From an uncultured Bacillota bacterium (GTDB lineage: Bacteria; Sysuimicrobiota; Sysuimicrobiia; Sysuimicrobiales; Segetimicrobiaceae), in contig CAWDRG010000011.1 of NCBI GenBank assembly GCA_963804645.1, positions 1 to 64,000 of the forward strand: DNA of 64,000 bases. Reading direction: 5' to 3'. The notes under the pieces are model-generated. The model was given only the letters and a program-made list of their open reading frames with translations. It searched no databases and was not told the DNA's origin. A program made the translations under genes and the position numbers. Positions 1-9,221 of this stretch are shown here, piece by piece (positions within the stretch are counted from its first letter, which is position 1; every line of letters starts with the position of its first letter).

Positions 1-236
1 CGGACATCGCGGAGCGTTTTCTCAGTCTCCGCGGCGCCCAGAGGGTTGCCCGTTCGGAACACCCAGACACCCCGTTCCTTTTGCAGAGGAGCGGCGGTGC
101 GCCTCGGCCGCAGGGTCACCACGTCACCATTCACCGCGAGATCGAGCGTATCCCCGGCCGAGAGCCGGAGCTCGTCCCGAACGGCCTTCGGAAGGACAAC
201 CCGACCCGCGCGGTCGACGATCACTTTACCATTCAT
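1..236 (-). CDS. AbrB/MazE/SpoVT-type DNA-binding protein (probable VapB-like antitoxin), runs off window start
   Basis: Not in ORF track. Manual translation from ATG at 236: MNGKVIVDRAGRVVLPKAVRDELRLSAGDTLDLAVNGDVVTLRP..., matching the AbrB fold motif (DxxGRvvlPKxvRxxLxLxxGDxL). Confidence 0.85.
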   Translation of the reverse strand, partial: MNGKVIVDRAGRVVLPKAVRDELRLSAGDTLDLAVNGDVVTLRPRRTAAPLQKERGVWVFRTGNPLGAAETEKTLRDV

Positions 237-275
237 AAACCCATTGTATCATGGTTCAACCCAGTTGGAAAATGG
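237..275 (-). promoter_or_regulatory. Extended -10 promoter, probably leaderless, for the antitoxin gene
   Basis: Minus strand TGaTACAAT lies 6 nt before the ATG with no Shine-Dalgarno; a CCAT-N6-ATGG palindrome overlaps the -10. Confidence 0.5.
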
Positions 276-454
276 CATCGCCTGTCTCCAGCGAGGAGAC
301 ATGACGCCGATGAGCGCGAGGGTTTTGGTCGGGGCAGTCGGACATGACACCGGCCGGTTGCTAACTAATGGGTTCAACCAACTGGCCACCCCACATCAAG
401 GGGATGAATAGAAAGCTATAGACCTCGTATCGCACGTCTTTCAAGCGTTTGAGG

Positions 455-500
455 TGGTCGGGGCGGTCGGACTTGAACCGACGACCTTCTGCTCCCAAAG
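455..500 (-). repeat. att site: duplicated 3' half of tRNA-Pro (island boundary)
   Basis: TGGTCGGGGCGGTCGGACTTGAACCGACGACCTTCTGCTCCCAAAG is identical to 26013-26058. Confidence 0.95.
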
Positions 501-634
501 TCTACACCGCCCACGTTGCCGCACATCAGGAAAACGCAGGCGGGGCCTGAAAACCCTTGTTCCACTTGCGTTTCCGAGGACCGTGACGTTTCGGGTCGCG
601 TCGGACTGTTCAGGTTGGTTTAGGCACTTTTCGC

Positions 635-660
635 CCGGCTAAGGCACGGGGAAGGCACGG
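635..660 (+). repeat. Putative integrase arm-type sites (left end)
   Basis: CCGGCTAAGGCACGGGGAAGGCACGG; near-identical to 25941-25966; contains AAGGCACG twice. Confidence 0.7.
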
Positions 661-750
661 ACTCGGGGGGGCGAACACGATGTGAAGACGATGTGCACTC
701 GTTCTACGCTGGAGGCACCGCTATGGGCCTGTCGACCCCGGCGATATGCC

Positions 751-1743
751 TCATGATGGCACAAGTATCCCACGCCCGAGCGACGACGCGCGGGCGTAGA
801 CCTGCTCAGCCAGGGCGATGTCGCAGGCGGCGATCCCGAGATTCAGGACCAAGATACGCTGCTCCGCGCTCGAACGTCCTTCCCGACGCCCGAGCAGAAT
901 CTCTCCGATCTCCGCGGCGATGGGCGGGACCCCGGTCGTGAAACGCGCGAGCACTTCCGCGTCGCCAAAGGGGCGCCGATCGTCGACGAACACTCGATCC
1001 ACGACATGAAGAATGCCGGTTTCCTTCCCCCCGTTGTCGAGGACGACGACGGTGACGCCCGGCCTGAGCCATTCCGGTTCAAGCAGGCGCGTGGTGACGG
1101 AGGTAGTCACCGTGATGATCACATCCGCCGCGCGCGCGGCGTCCCCGCGATCCGCCGTCGGAACGAGTGTCGGCGTCACGCGCGGCCCCATCTCATCGCA
1201 CAGCTGTCTGGCGGCGTGCCCGTCGCGACCAACGACAAAGACTGTGGCGAGCGACGGCATCGCGTGCCGCAGCATCGCCAGATGCGCTCTCGCCTGGACG
1301 CCGGTGCCCACGATGGTCGCGACCGCGGCCTCCGGCCGGGCGCACGCCTGAAGCGACACCGCGGTCATGGCGGCCGTCCGCATCGCGGTGACCACCGTTC
1401 CATCCATGACCGTGAGCACCGCCCCGGTATGAGGGTCGTTCAACACGATCAGCGCCGACAACGTCGGCAGCCCCAACGTCCGGTTGTTCGGAAAATCGCC
1501 GATCCATTTCATCCCAAACCCTGCGCTCCCGGGAAGCACCGCCGGCATGGCGTGCACGTGACGTCCTTCCGGTGGGTGGACGCCGAATTTCGGGGGCATC
1601 TCGACGCGCCCCTCCGCGCGCCACACGAGCGCGTCGCGGATGCACGCGATCGTGTCCGTGGGAGATAAGCTGGCAGCCTCCACGTCGGCGCGGGACAACC
1701 AGAGGATCCGTTGAGGCGGCACGCTGCTCTGGGTGTCAGGCAT
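751..1743 (-). CDS. Ornithine cyclodeaminase / mu-crystallin family protein
   Basis: EMPPK, HAMPA, GMKW, NDPHTG..vMDGT.vTAMRTAA, GTGVQA and C-terminal GIAACDIALA motifs. Confidence 0.9.
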   Translation of the reverse strand: MPDTQSSVPPQRILWLSRADVEAASLSPTDTIACIRDALVWRAEGRVEMPPKFGVHPPEGRHVHAMPAVLPGSAGFGMKWIGDFPNNRTLGLPTLSALIVLNDPHTGAVLTVMDGTVVTAMRTAAMTAVSLQACARPEAAVATIVGTGVQARAHLAMLRHAMPSLATVFVVGRDGHAARQLCDEMGPRVTPTLVPTADRGDAARAADVIITVTTSVTTRLLEPEWLRPGVTVVVLDNGGKETGILHVVDRVFVDDRRPFGDAEVLARFTTGVPPIAAEIGEILLGRREGRSSAEQRILVLNLGIAACDIALAEQVYARASSLGRGILVPS

Positions 1744-3106
1744 CGCGTCGCAGGAGACGCGTCAGCGTCCCGATGTCATCGAGTTCCTCGAGCCGGTCCA
1801 CCGCCGCGGTGATGGCGTCTCGGCGCTCCGGGGTCACCACGTCCTGAGTCAGCGTGGCAAACTTCTCGCGCAGCTCGGCGGACGCGAGCGGCTGTTGCGG
1901 CGCGCCCTTCGGGTAGGTGACGTCCCGACGATACGTGGCCGTCGGCGTTTCCACCTCGATGACCGAGCGGTACAGGTCCGGATATGTGCGATCCAGTTCC
2001 TGGTCCCCAATCACCTGCACGCGCTCAGACAGCGATCGAATCTCCGGGTCGGCTCGCTGATCGCGCAGAATATCGAAAAACTGGACGGCACCCCTGTGCG
2101 CCGCCAATGCCAGCACGTACTGCGCACAGTGCGAGCGCAAGGCGTTGCCGTCGATCACGTGGTACCCGCTCGCTGGAAACCGAAGGGTCACCCGGCGAAC
2201 GTCATGGGGCCGCACCTGCTCGGCACGAAGGATGTCGAGCAGGCCATCGAGGCCGGGGTGGATGAACGCGCAGCACGCGTACAACTTAAAGCACAGCTCC
2301 ATCACCTTGAACTGCTCGCCCAGCCCGTCGAACAGTGCCTCCGCATGCCATTGGCCGGTGAACGCCTGCCCAAGCGGGTACTTGCCTTCGAAGATCATCG
2401 GCGGCCCGCCAAAGCCGCACGACGCGAGATGCGCAGCAAGCACCCCGTGCCGCGACGCCAACCCCATGTTGAACGGACGCGAGTGCTCCGTGTCGTCGCT
2501 CACCCATGCGAGGAGACCCGACGCCTCGGTTCCGGCCAGCCCGAACGCGTGACGCAGCGCCGGTCCCCGGAGCCCGAACAGACGCCCCGCCGCCGCCATG
2601 GCCCCGAACGTCCCGGCGACGCACGACGGGTGAAACCCACGCGCGTACAGCGCCGCCCCGCCCAGCGCATAGCTCACGCGACACGCGACGTCGATGCCGA
2701 CAACGATCGCGGCGAGCACGTCCGGACCAGAGCGCCGCATCCGTTCGCCGACCGTCAGCGCGGCTGGCCCAACGATCGCGATCGCGTGCATGATCGCGCC
2801 CGGATGATGGCTCTCGATGTCGCAATAGTACCCGAAGGTCCCATTGACGAGCGCGGCGGTGGCGCAGTTGGTCCGAAGGTCAGTCCCAAACACCTGGGCC
2901 TCCGGGGCCCCTCCGGTCTCCCGGACGAACCGCTCCAAGACGGCGCCGATGTCGTAGCGCGACGACGTGGCGGAGAGCGCCGCGCCGAGGCCATCGTACA
3001 GAATGTCCTTCGTCCTCTGGATCACCGGCGCCGGAATGCGTTCAAACGGAAACGTCTCGACGAACTGCGCAAAGCGATCGGTCATGCCCGCGTGCCGGTC
3101 GTCCAT
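1736..3106 (-). CDS. MmgE/PrpD family protein (paralogue 3)
   Basis: AALVNGTFGYYCDIE, GFHPS, FKLYACCAFIH, YPKGAPQQPL...KF motifs. Confidence 0.9.
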   Translation of the reverse strand: MDDRHAGMTDRFAQFVETFPFERIPAPVIQRTKDILYDGLGAALSATSSRYDIGAVLERFVRETGGAPEAQVFGTDLRTNCATAALVNGTFGYYCDIESHHPGAIMHAIAIVGPAALTVGERMRRSGPDVLAAIVVGIDVACRVSYALGGAALYARGFHPSCVAGTFGAMAAAGRLFGLRGPALRHAFGLAGTEASGLLAWVSDDTEHSRPFNMGLASRHGVLAAHLASCGFGGPPMIFEGKYPLGQAFTGQWHAEALFDGLGEQFKVMELCFKLYACCAFIHPGLDGLLDILRAEQVRPHDVRRVTLRFPASGYHVIDGNALRSHCAQYVLALAAHRGAVQFFDILRDQRADPEIRSLSERVQVIGDQELDRTYPDLYRSVIEVETPTATYRRDVTYPKGAPQQPLASAELREKFATLTQDVVTPERRDAITAAVDRLEELDDIGTLTRLLRRDA

Positions 3107-3148
3107 CTCACGGCTCCTTGACGATCCGAACTCGAGCGCCGCGCGCGC

Positions 3149-4534
3149 TCAGGCGGGCCGCACTTGCAGCAGCGCGGCCACGTCGTTGATGTCCGAGACC
3201 GTCTCGAGATGATAGACCTGATCCATCAGCCGCTCCGCCGCGTCATGGGAAATCCGGGCTGCGGCCAGCCGGAGAAACTTCTCCTCCAGCTCCGCCCGTG
3301 TCATCGGGTTCTCACGGCGACCCTTGGCCCAGTCCACCCGTGCCGAAAACGTTCGGCCGCCGCGCGCGGTGACCTCGACCACCGCCGGCGACCCGGCTGG
3401 CCAGGGGTCCATCGCCGCGTCTCCGACAAGTGTCACCCGCTCGGACATCGAGCGGATCCGGGGATCGGCGCGCCGGTCCTGCAGGATATCGTTGGGTCCG
3501 ATCGTCCGGTTCACCGCGGCCACTGCCATGATGTATTGGGCGCAGTGCGACTTGAGGGGGTTGTTGTCGATCACCGGTGCCCGATCGGCTTTGACGCGGT
3601 GCACGATCGCGGTGATGTCGTCGGGCGGGATCCGGTGCTCCTCTACGATCCCCAGGAGTGCATCCAACCCCGTGTGGATGTCGCCGCAGCACGGATAGCG
3701 CTTGTAGCCTCCGGCGCGGGTGATCCACAGCGGGGATTCTCCCAATCCGTCGGTCACGCGCTCGACGTGCGCCTCCCCGGCATACGCGTCGTAGATACTG
3801 TACTTGCCCGGGTCGAGGATCGCCGGCGGCCCGCCGAAGCCCATCTGGGCGAGCAGGGCGGCCGTCACCCCGCCGCGCGCCGCCATGCCCAGGCCGAACG
3901 GACGGGAGTCTTCCGTCGGATCGAACACCCACGTCATCAACCCCGCCGCGTTCGTCCCCGCGACGCCCAGCGCGTTGGCAAGCTGCCGCCGATCGAGCTT
4001 GAGAATGTGCCCGGCGGCCGCCGCAGCTCCGAAGTAGCCAAACGTCGCGGACGGATGGAACGAGTGTGGATAGGAGTGCTCGGTGCGGCACGCTTCGCTG
4101 GCCCGGGCGCAGACTTCGTAGCCCACGGCCAGCGCCGTCATGAATGTCCGCCCGTCGGCGTGCTCCCGTTCTCCGACCGCGAGCGCCGCGGGCACCACGA
4201 CCGCCGGGACGTGCTGGCGCGCCACGCTGGCGCCTTCGATATCGGCCGCGTAGCCCATCGTCCCGTTGGCCAGGGCGGCACTCTCGCACGACGTTTTGAA
4301 ATCGCGGCCGATGACGGTGGACTCCGCGACACCGCCCGACCGACGCGCGAGGTCGCCGGTCAGCCGGGACGCGCTGTACTGGGGCGACGACCCTAAGAGC
4401 AGCGCGCCGAACGTGTCGAGCACAATCGTCTTGATCTCGTCGACCGCGGAGTGCGGCACGTCCGCGTACGTGAACGCCGCCGCGTAGGCCACCAGCGCCG
4501 CCGTGACGCCGTCCTGCCGGTTCGATACGGACAT
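3149..4534 (-). CDS. MmgE/PrpD family protein (paralogue 2)
   Basis: AALANGTMGYAADIE, SFHPS, YKRYPCCGDIH, KGRRENPM...EEKF motifs. Confidence 0.9.
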   Translation of the reverse strand: MSVSNRQDGVTAALVAYAAAFTYADVPHSAVDEIKTIVLDTFGALLLGSSPQYSASRLTGDLARRSGGVAESTVIGRDFKTSCESAALANGTMGYAADIEGASVARQHVPAVVVPAALAVGEREHADGRTFMTALAVGYEVCARASEACRTEHSYPHSFHPSATFGYFGAAAAAGHILKLDRRQLANALGVAGTNAAGLMTWVFDPTEDSRPFGLGMAARGGVTAALLAQMGFGGPPAILDPGKYSIYDAYAGEAHVERVTDGLGESPLWITRAGGYKRYPCCGDIHTGLDALLGIVEEHRIPPDDITAIVHRVKADRAPVIDNNPLKSHCAQYIMAVAAVNRTIGPNDILQDRRADPRIRSMSERVTLVGDAAMDPWPAGSPAVVEVTARGGRTFSARVDWAKGRRENPMTRAELEEKFLRLAAARISHDAAERLMDQVYHLETVSDINDVAALLQVRPA

Positions 4535-4559
4535 CGGATCTCTCCCTCCCCTGGTGCTC

Positions 4560-5921
4560 TCAGTGGTTGCCGGTCAGGCATCGCGCCAACACCGACACGT
4601 CGTCGAGCGCGTCGAGCGTGCCCACGAGTTCGATGATCTCCGCGGCGCGCTGTTCGGACACGATGTCGCGCGCCAGCAGTCGAAACTTCGCCTTGATCTC
4701 CGCGTCGCTGAGCGCGTTCTCCGGATCGCCCGTCGGGTAGTAGACAGCCTCGGTGAACTCGCGCCCATCCCGCGTCCGGACGGTCGTAATCCCGGCCCAC
4801 TGCTCCGGGAACAGTTGTTCCAATCCGTCGTCGCCGTGCACTCGCACGCGCGCCGCCAGCGCCGCGACGCGCGGGTCGTCGAGCCGTTTCCCGTCGAGCT
4901 GATCAACCTCGACCCGTCCGTCGTACGTCGCGACGGCCAGGACGTACTGCGCATTGTGCGAGGGGAGCTCGTTATTGTCGATGATGCCGGCCATGGACGT
5001 CGCGACCTTGGTCGAAATCTCGGCGATCTCGTCGCTCGCCAAGCCGTGTTCGCGGACGATCTTGAACAGGCCGTCCAACGGCGCGTGAATCTGGCGGCAC
5101 GCCGCGTATTTCTTGAGGCTCGTGCGCATGATCTCGAACCGCTGCCCGAGCGCGTCGGTCAGGATGTCTGAGACGTCGCGCTCGATCTCACTGAATGCCC
5201 GGAAGAGATTGTGCTTCCCATCGAGCACGTGCGGCGGACCGGTGAACCCCAACACCGCCAGTTGCGCCGCCGTCACGCCGTTTCGGGACGCGATTCCGAT
5301 CTGAAACGCCTTGCTCAACTGAGACGGCTCGGTCACCCAGGCCAGCAGACCGGACGCCTGACATCCCGCCAGCCCGAGCGCGTGCCCCATCTGCGGCGGC
5401 GCGAGCTGCAGGACTCGCCCCGCCGCGACCGTCGCCCCGAAGTTCCCGTCAATCGAGGACGGATGGAACGACCGCGCGTACAGCCGGACCGGATCCAGCG
5501 CGATGCCAACGCGTCCCTCAATATCGTAGGCGGCGACGAGCGCGGCGATCACCTCACGCCCGCTCAGGCGCCGCTCCTCGGCGATGCTCAACGCCGCGGG
5601 AACGACCACGTTCGCGACGTGGGCGTTCGCGGGATTGTAGTTATCGTCCAGTTCCAGGCAGTGCGACATCGTGGCGTTCGCAAAGGCCGCCGCGGTGGGC
5701 GACACCCGGAGACTTGTCCCCGCGACCGTGCAGGGGCCCGACTCCGCGAGCCTGTCGACGAATCGCGTCATGATCTTGCCGGCAGGGTAGCGTGACCCGG
5801 CCAGGAGCGTCCCGAGACAATCCAGCGTCACGTCCTTGACCCGGGCCACGACGGCCGCGGGAAGATCCTCGTATCGTAGCGTGCTTGCGTACTCGGCCAC
5901 CCGATCGGTCACGTGCGTCAT
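4560..5921 (-). CDS. MmgE/PrpD family protein (paralogue 1)
   Basis: AAFANATMSHCLELDD, SFHPS, KKYAACRQIH, PTGDPENAL...KF motifs. Confidence 0.9.
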   Translation of the reverse strand: MTHVTDRVAEYASTLRYEDLPAAVVARVKDVTLDCLGTLLAGSRYPAGKIMTRFVDRLAESGPCTVAGTSLRVSPTAAAFANATMSHCLELDDNYNPANAHVANVVVPAALSIAEERRLSGREVIAALVAAYDIEGRVGIALDPVRLYARSFHPSSIDGNFGATVAAGRVLQLAPPQMGHALGLAGCQASGLLAWVTEPSQLSKAFQIGIASRNGVTAAQLAVLGFTGPPHVLDGKHNLFRAFSEIERDVSDILTDALGQRFEIMRTSLKKYAACRQIHAPLDGLFKIVREHGLASDEIAEISTKVATSMAGIIDNNELPSHNAQYVLAVATYDGRVEVDQLDGKRLDDPRVAALAARVRVHGDDGLEQLFPEQWAGITTVRTRDGREFTEAVYYPTGDPENALSDAEIKAKFRLLARDIVSEQRAAEIIELVGTLDALDDVSVLARCLTGNH

Positions 5922-7295
5922 GCGATCCCTCCGCCCCCTCCCACACCTGCGAGTGCGAACGCCGAGAACAGACGTCCGACAAACTCGATGCCCGCGCAGT
6001 AGTCGTCCACCTGAATGCCCTCATCCGGTGAGTGAAATCGGGATCCGGGCGAGCCGATGCCGACATTGATCAAGGGGACATTGAGCGGCTGCGCCAGCTC
6101 ATAGTACGGCGCGCCGATCCACGGGGCGACCGGATAAATGACGGGCTCCTGGTGGTAGGCCTCGCGAATGGTGCGCGCGATGATGCCGACCATCGGATGA
6201 TCGAGCGGCACTTTCCCGGGGTGGCGCTCGCTGATCGGGCGCAAGGTAATCTGCTCGAATCCGTGCACGTCGAGGTGACGGCGGAGCAGCCCCTCCATCT
6301 CGCTCGGGCACTTGATTCGGCACGAGGCCGAACCGGACGACCCCGACCGCGCGCCGCGGCATCCCCTTGAGGGCGTCGAGCGTCCGTCCGGCACCGAAGC
6401 TCGACACCTCGAGGGTCGGCTCGAACAACAGACGCCGAACCGCCTCGCGACCGCCGACACCCAGCGTCAACCGCTCGAGACCAAGTCGGCGCTTCACGCT
6501 GTCGGCGTCGAACGACAGGTCGTCGAGCAGTCGCAGTTCGGCCTCAGACGGGCGCAGGGCATCGTCGTAGAATCCGTCGATGCGAACGCGCTCGTCGGGT
6601 CCCTTCATGCTCGCAAAGGCCCACACGATGTCCCACGCCGGGTTCGGCACAATCGAGGTCAGGCTGCTGTGAAACGTCTGCCGCGCGCCGACGCGCTCCA
6701 TTTCGAAGAGGATCCGCCCGCGACACCCCAAACTCATTGCCGGTCGACCCCGGTCGTCGCGGTCGCCGCCCTCGCCGAGCGCGGCGTCAGCCCGCAGCAA
6801 ATCCCGGTTCGCCTCCACCACTTCGCGCAGATGCGGGCTTCCCAGCTCTTCCTCACCGTCGATCACGAACTTGATCGTCAACGGGAGCGTCCCATGCACC
6901 GCCTGGTAGGCATCGACCGCGCACAACCGCGCCACCAGATCGCCCTTGTTGTCGCTGGCCCCCCGCGCGACGAGGCGTCCGTTCGCGATGGTCGCCGCAA
7001 ACGGCGGCGAGGTCCACGCCTCGAGCGGCTCCGCGGGAACCACGTCGTAGTGATTGTAGAGCAGCAACGTGCGCGGCGAAGCGCCGGGCAGCGTGCCGAT
7101 AATGAGCGGGTTGGCGCCCGCGGCCTGCCGGGTCGTCACATCGGCGCCAAGCGCCGTCAGCATCGATGTCAGACACGCGACCGATTCGGAAATCCCTTGG
7201 TTGTGGTAGGACACACTGGGGATCTGGCAGAGTGTCTGCAGCGTGGCGATGTACCGCTCGCGGTGTCGATCCACGTACGCGCCCAGTGCGCTCAT
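5918..7295 (-). pseudogene. M20/ArgE-DapE family metallo-amidohydrolase, +1 frameshift near 6307 (possibly sequencing error)
   Basis: YNHYDVVP, ARGASDNKG, DGEEELGS in ORF 6099-7316. The C-terminus (..GIGSPGSRFHSPDE..) is in ORF 5918-6460. Removing one C from GTGCCCGAGC gives continuous PNQVPSEMEGLL. Confidence 0.8.
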
Positions 7296-7346
7296 CGGAA
7301 CGCCTCCCGTCATCATGGCCGTGTCATCGGTGCCGCCCGCCAGTGG

Positions 7347-8225
7347 TCAGAGTCGGAGCCGGGGATCCAACGCGTCGTGCAATCCGTCGCCGAAGAGGTT
7401 CACCGCCAGCACGGTAACGGCAATCGCCGCCCCAGGGAACGTACTGATCCACCACGCAGTCTGAAGATTGTCACGGCCCTGTGCGAGAATGAGCCCCCAC
7501 TCCGGCGTCGGTGGCTGCGCGCCCATTCCGAGAAAGCTCAGCGTTGCGGCGGTGAGGATCGCCACCCCCACGTTCAGCGTGGCCAGGACCAGCGCCGGTC
7601 CATAGATGTTCGGGAGAATATGCCGCGCCGCGACCCGCGCTTCGCTGCACCCGCCGGCCCGCGCCGCCTCGACGTACACGTTCTCCCGCGTCGACAGCAC
7701 ACACCCGCGAATGAACCGCGTGAATCGCGGCGCTCCGGCCACCCCGATCGCCAACACAACGTTCCCCAAGCTTTTCCCGAGCGCGGCGGCGATGGCGAGC
7801 GCCAGCAGGAGCGTCGGCACCGCCAGCATCACGTCGACGCTGCGCATAATGACGACGTCGACCCATCCGCCACGATAGCCGCTCAGCAGGCCGAACACGA
7901 TCCCGGCCGACATCGTCATCGCGCTGGCGACGAGACCCACTGCGAGCGAGATGCGTGCGCCGGCCAGCACCCGGCTGAATACGTCTCGCCCGATCTCATC
8001 GGTCCCCATCCAATGCTGCGGGCTGGGTGATTCGAGTGCGTCCTCGGGAACCGGCCGCAGCGGCGAGTACGGCACGATGAGGGGGGAAAGGATCGCGGCG
8101 GCCACGAGGATCGCGAGCAGACCGGCGCCGACGACCGCGTGTCGATTGTGCCCAAGACTCCGCAGGGTTTCGGAGGCTCGCGACGACGAGGTCCACGTCG
8201 AACGCGAGATGTGGTCGACCGCCAC
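7347..8225 (-). CDS. Peptide/nickel ABC transporter permease (DppC-like)
   Basis: HWMGTDEIGRDVFSR, YVEAARAGG (EAA loop), PPTPEWG. Confidence 0.92.
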   Translation of the reverse strand: MAVDHISRSTWTSSSRASETLRSLGHNRHAVVGAGLLAILVAAAILSPLIVPYSPLRPVPEDALESPSPQHWMGTDEIGRDVFSRVLAGARISLAVGLVASAMTMSAGIVFGLLSGYRGGWVDVVIMRSVDVMLAVPTLLLALAIAAALGKSLGNVVLAIGVAGAPRFTRFIRGCVLSTRENVYVEAARAGGCSEARVAARHILPNIYGPALVLATLNVGVAILTAATLSFLGMGAQPPTPEWGLILAQGRDNLQTAWWISTFPGAAIAVTVLAVNLFGDGLHDALDPRLRL

Positions 8226-9155
8226 CTACGCCCCCCGCCCTTCCCGAATGCGGGGATCGAGATAACTGTACGAGATGTCGACCAGCATGTTGGCAAGGAC
8301 GTATCCGCAGGCCGCGACGACGAGGGTGGACTGCAGCACGGGGTAGTCGCGATAGGTGATCGCATCGATGATCAGCCGTCCGAGGCCGGGGCGGGCGAAC
8401 ACAGTCTCGACCACCACAGTACCCGACAACAGATTCCCGAGCTCGACTCCGATGATGGTGACCACCGGGATCAGAGAGTTCCGCAGGGCGTGCCGCAGGA
8501 CCACCGAGCGCGGCGCGAGTCCCTTTGCCCGGGCCGTCACAATGTAGTCCTGATGCAACGTCTGCACCAAACTGCTCCGCGCGAGGCGGCTGATGACACC
8601 CGCGCTGTACAAGCCAAGCGTCACGGCCGGCATGATCAGCTGCTGCCAGGTCGTGCCGGTCGTGACCGGCAACCACCCCAACCAGAGAGAGAACACAAAG
8701 ATGAGCATCAACCCCAGCCAGAAGCTCGGGATGGATACGCCCGACAACGCCGCCACGGTGCTCACGTTGTCGATCCAGCTGTGGGGACGCAGCGCGGCCA
8801 CGGTGCCGAGGGCGATCCCGAGCAGCACGGCCAGCCCCAAGCCGACCAGGGCCAGTTCCAGCGTGGCCGGGAGGAACTCCAGAATAAGGCTGCTGACCGG
8901 TTGATTGTACCGGATCGAACGGCCCAGATCCCCTTCAAGAAGCGCCCCCAGATCATCCGTGTACTGCCGCCACAGCGGCCGGTCAAGGCCGTACTCGTGG
9001 CGCAACGACACGAGCTGTGACTCCGATGCGCTCCCCTGCGAGATGAGCAGCGCCGGATCCGCTGGCAACAGATGGAGCACAGCAAAGACGAGTGTGTACA
9101 CGCCCAACAGGGCCGGCAGCGTCGTCAGTACCCGCCGGCCGACGAGCCTCACCAC
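8226..9155 (-). CDS. Peptide/nickel ABC transporter permease (DppB-like)
   Basis: GDLGRS, DYIVTARAKGL, RHALRNSLIP, DPRIR. Confidence 0.92.
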   Translation of the reverse strand: MVRLVGRRVLTTLPALLGVYTLVFAVLHLLPADPALLISQGSASESQLVSLRHEYGLDRPLWRQYTDDLGALLEGDLGRSIRYNQPVSSLILEFLPATLELALVGLGLAVLLGIALGTVAALRPHSWIDNVSTVAALSGVSIPSFWLGLMLIFVFSLWLGWLPVTTGTTWQQLIMPAVTLGLYSAGVISRLARSSLVQTLHQDYIVTARAKGLAPRSVVLRHALRNSLIPVVTIIGVELGNLLSGTVVVETVFARPGLGRLIIDAITYRDYPVLQSTLVVAACGYVLANMLVDISYSYLDPRIREGRGA

Positions 9156-9221
9156 GGCGGTGGTCGATATCGCTCGTGCTGCGTGGCCGGACCCCGACTG
9201 GCCCGCGGACGTGCCTGCTGC

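Noticed and set aside
455..500. Second functional tRNA-Pro
   Set aside because: Only the 3' half is present; D-arm and 5' acceptor strand are missing. ORFs 454-642 and 26003-26242 are tRNA antisense artefacts.
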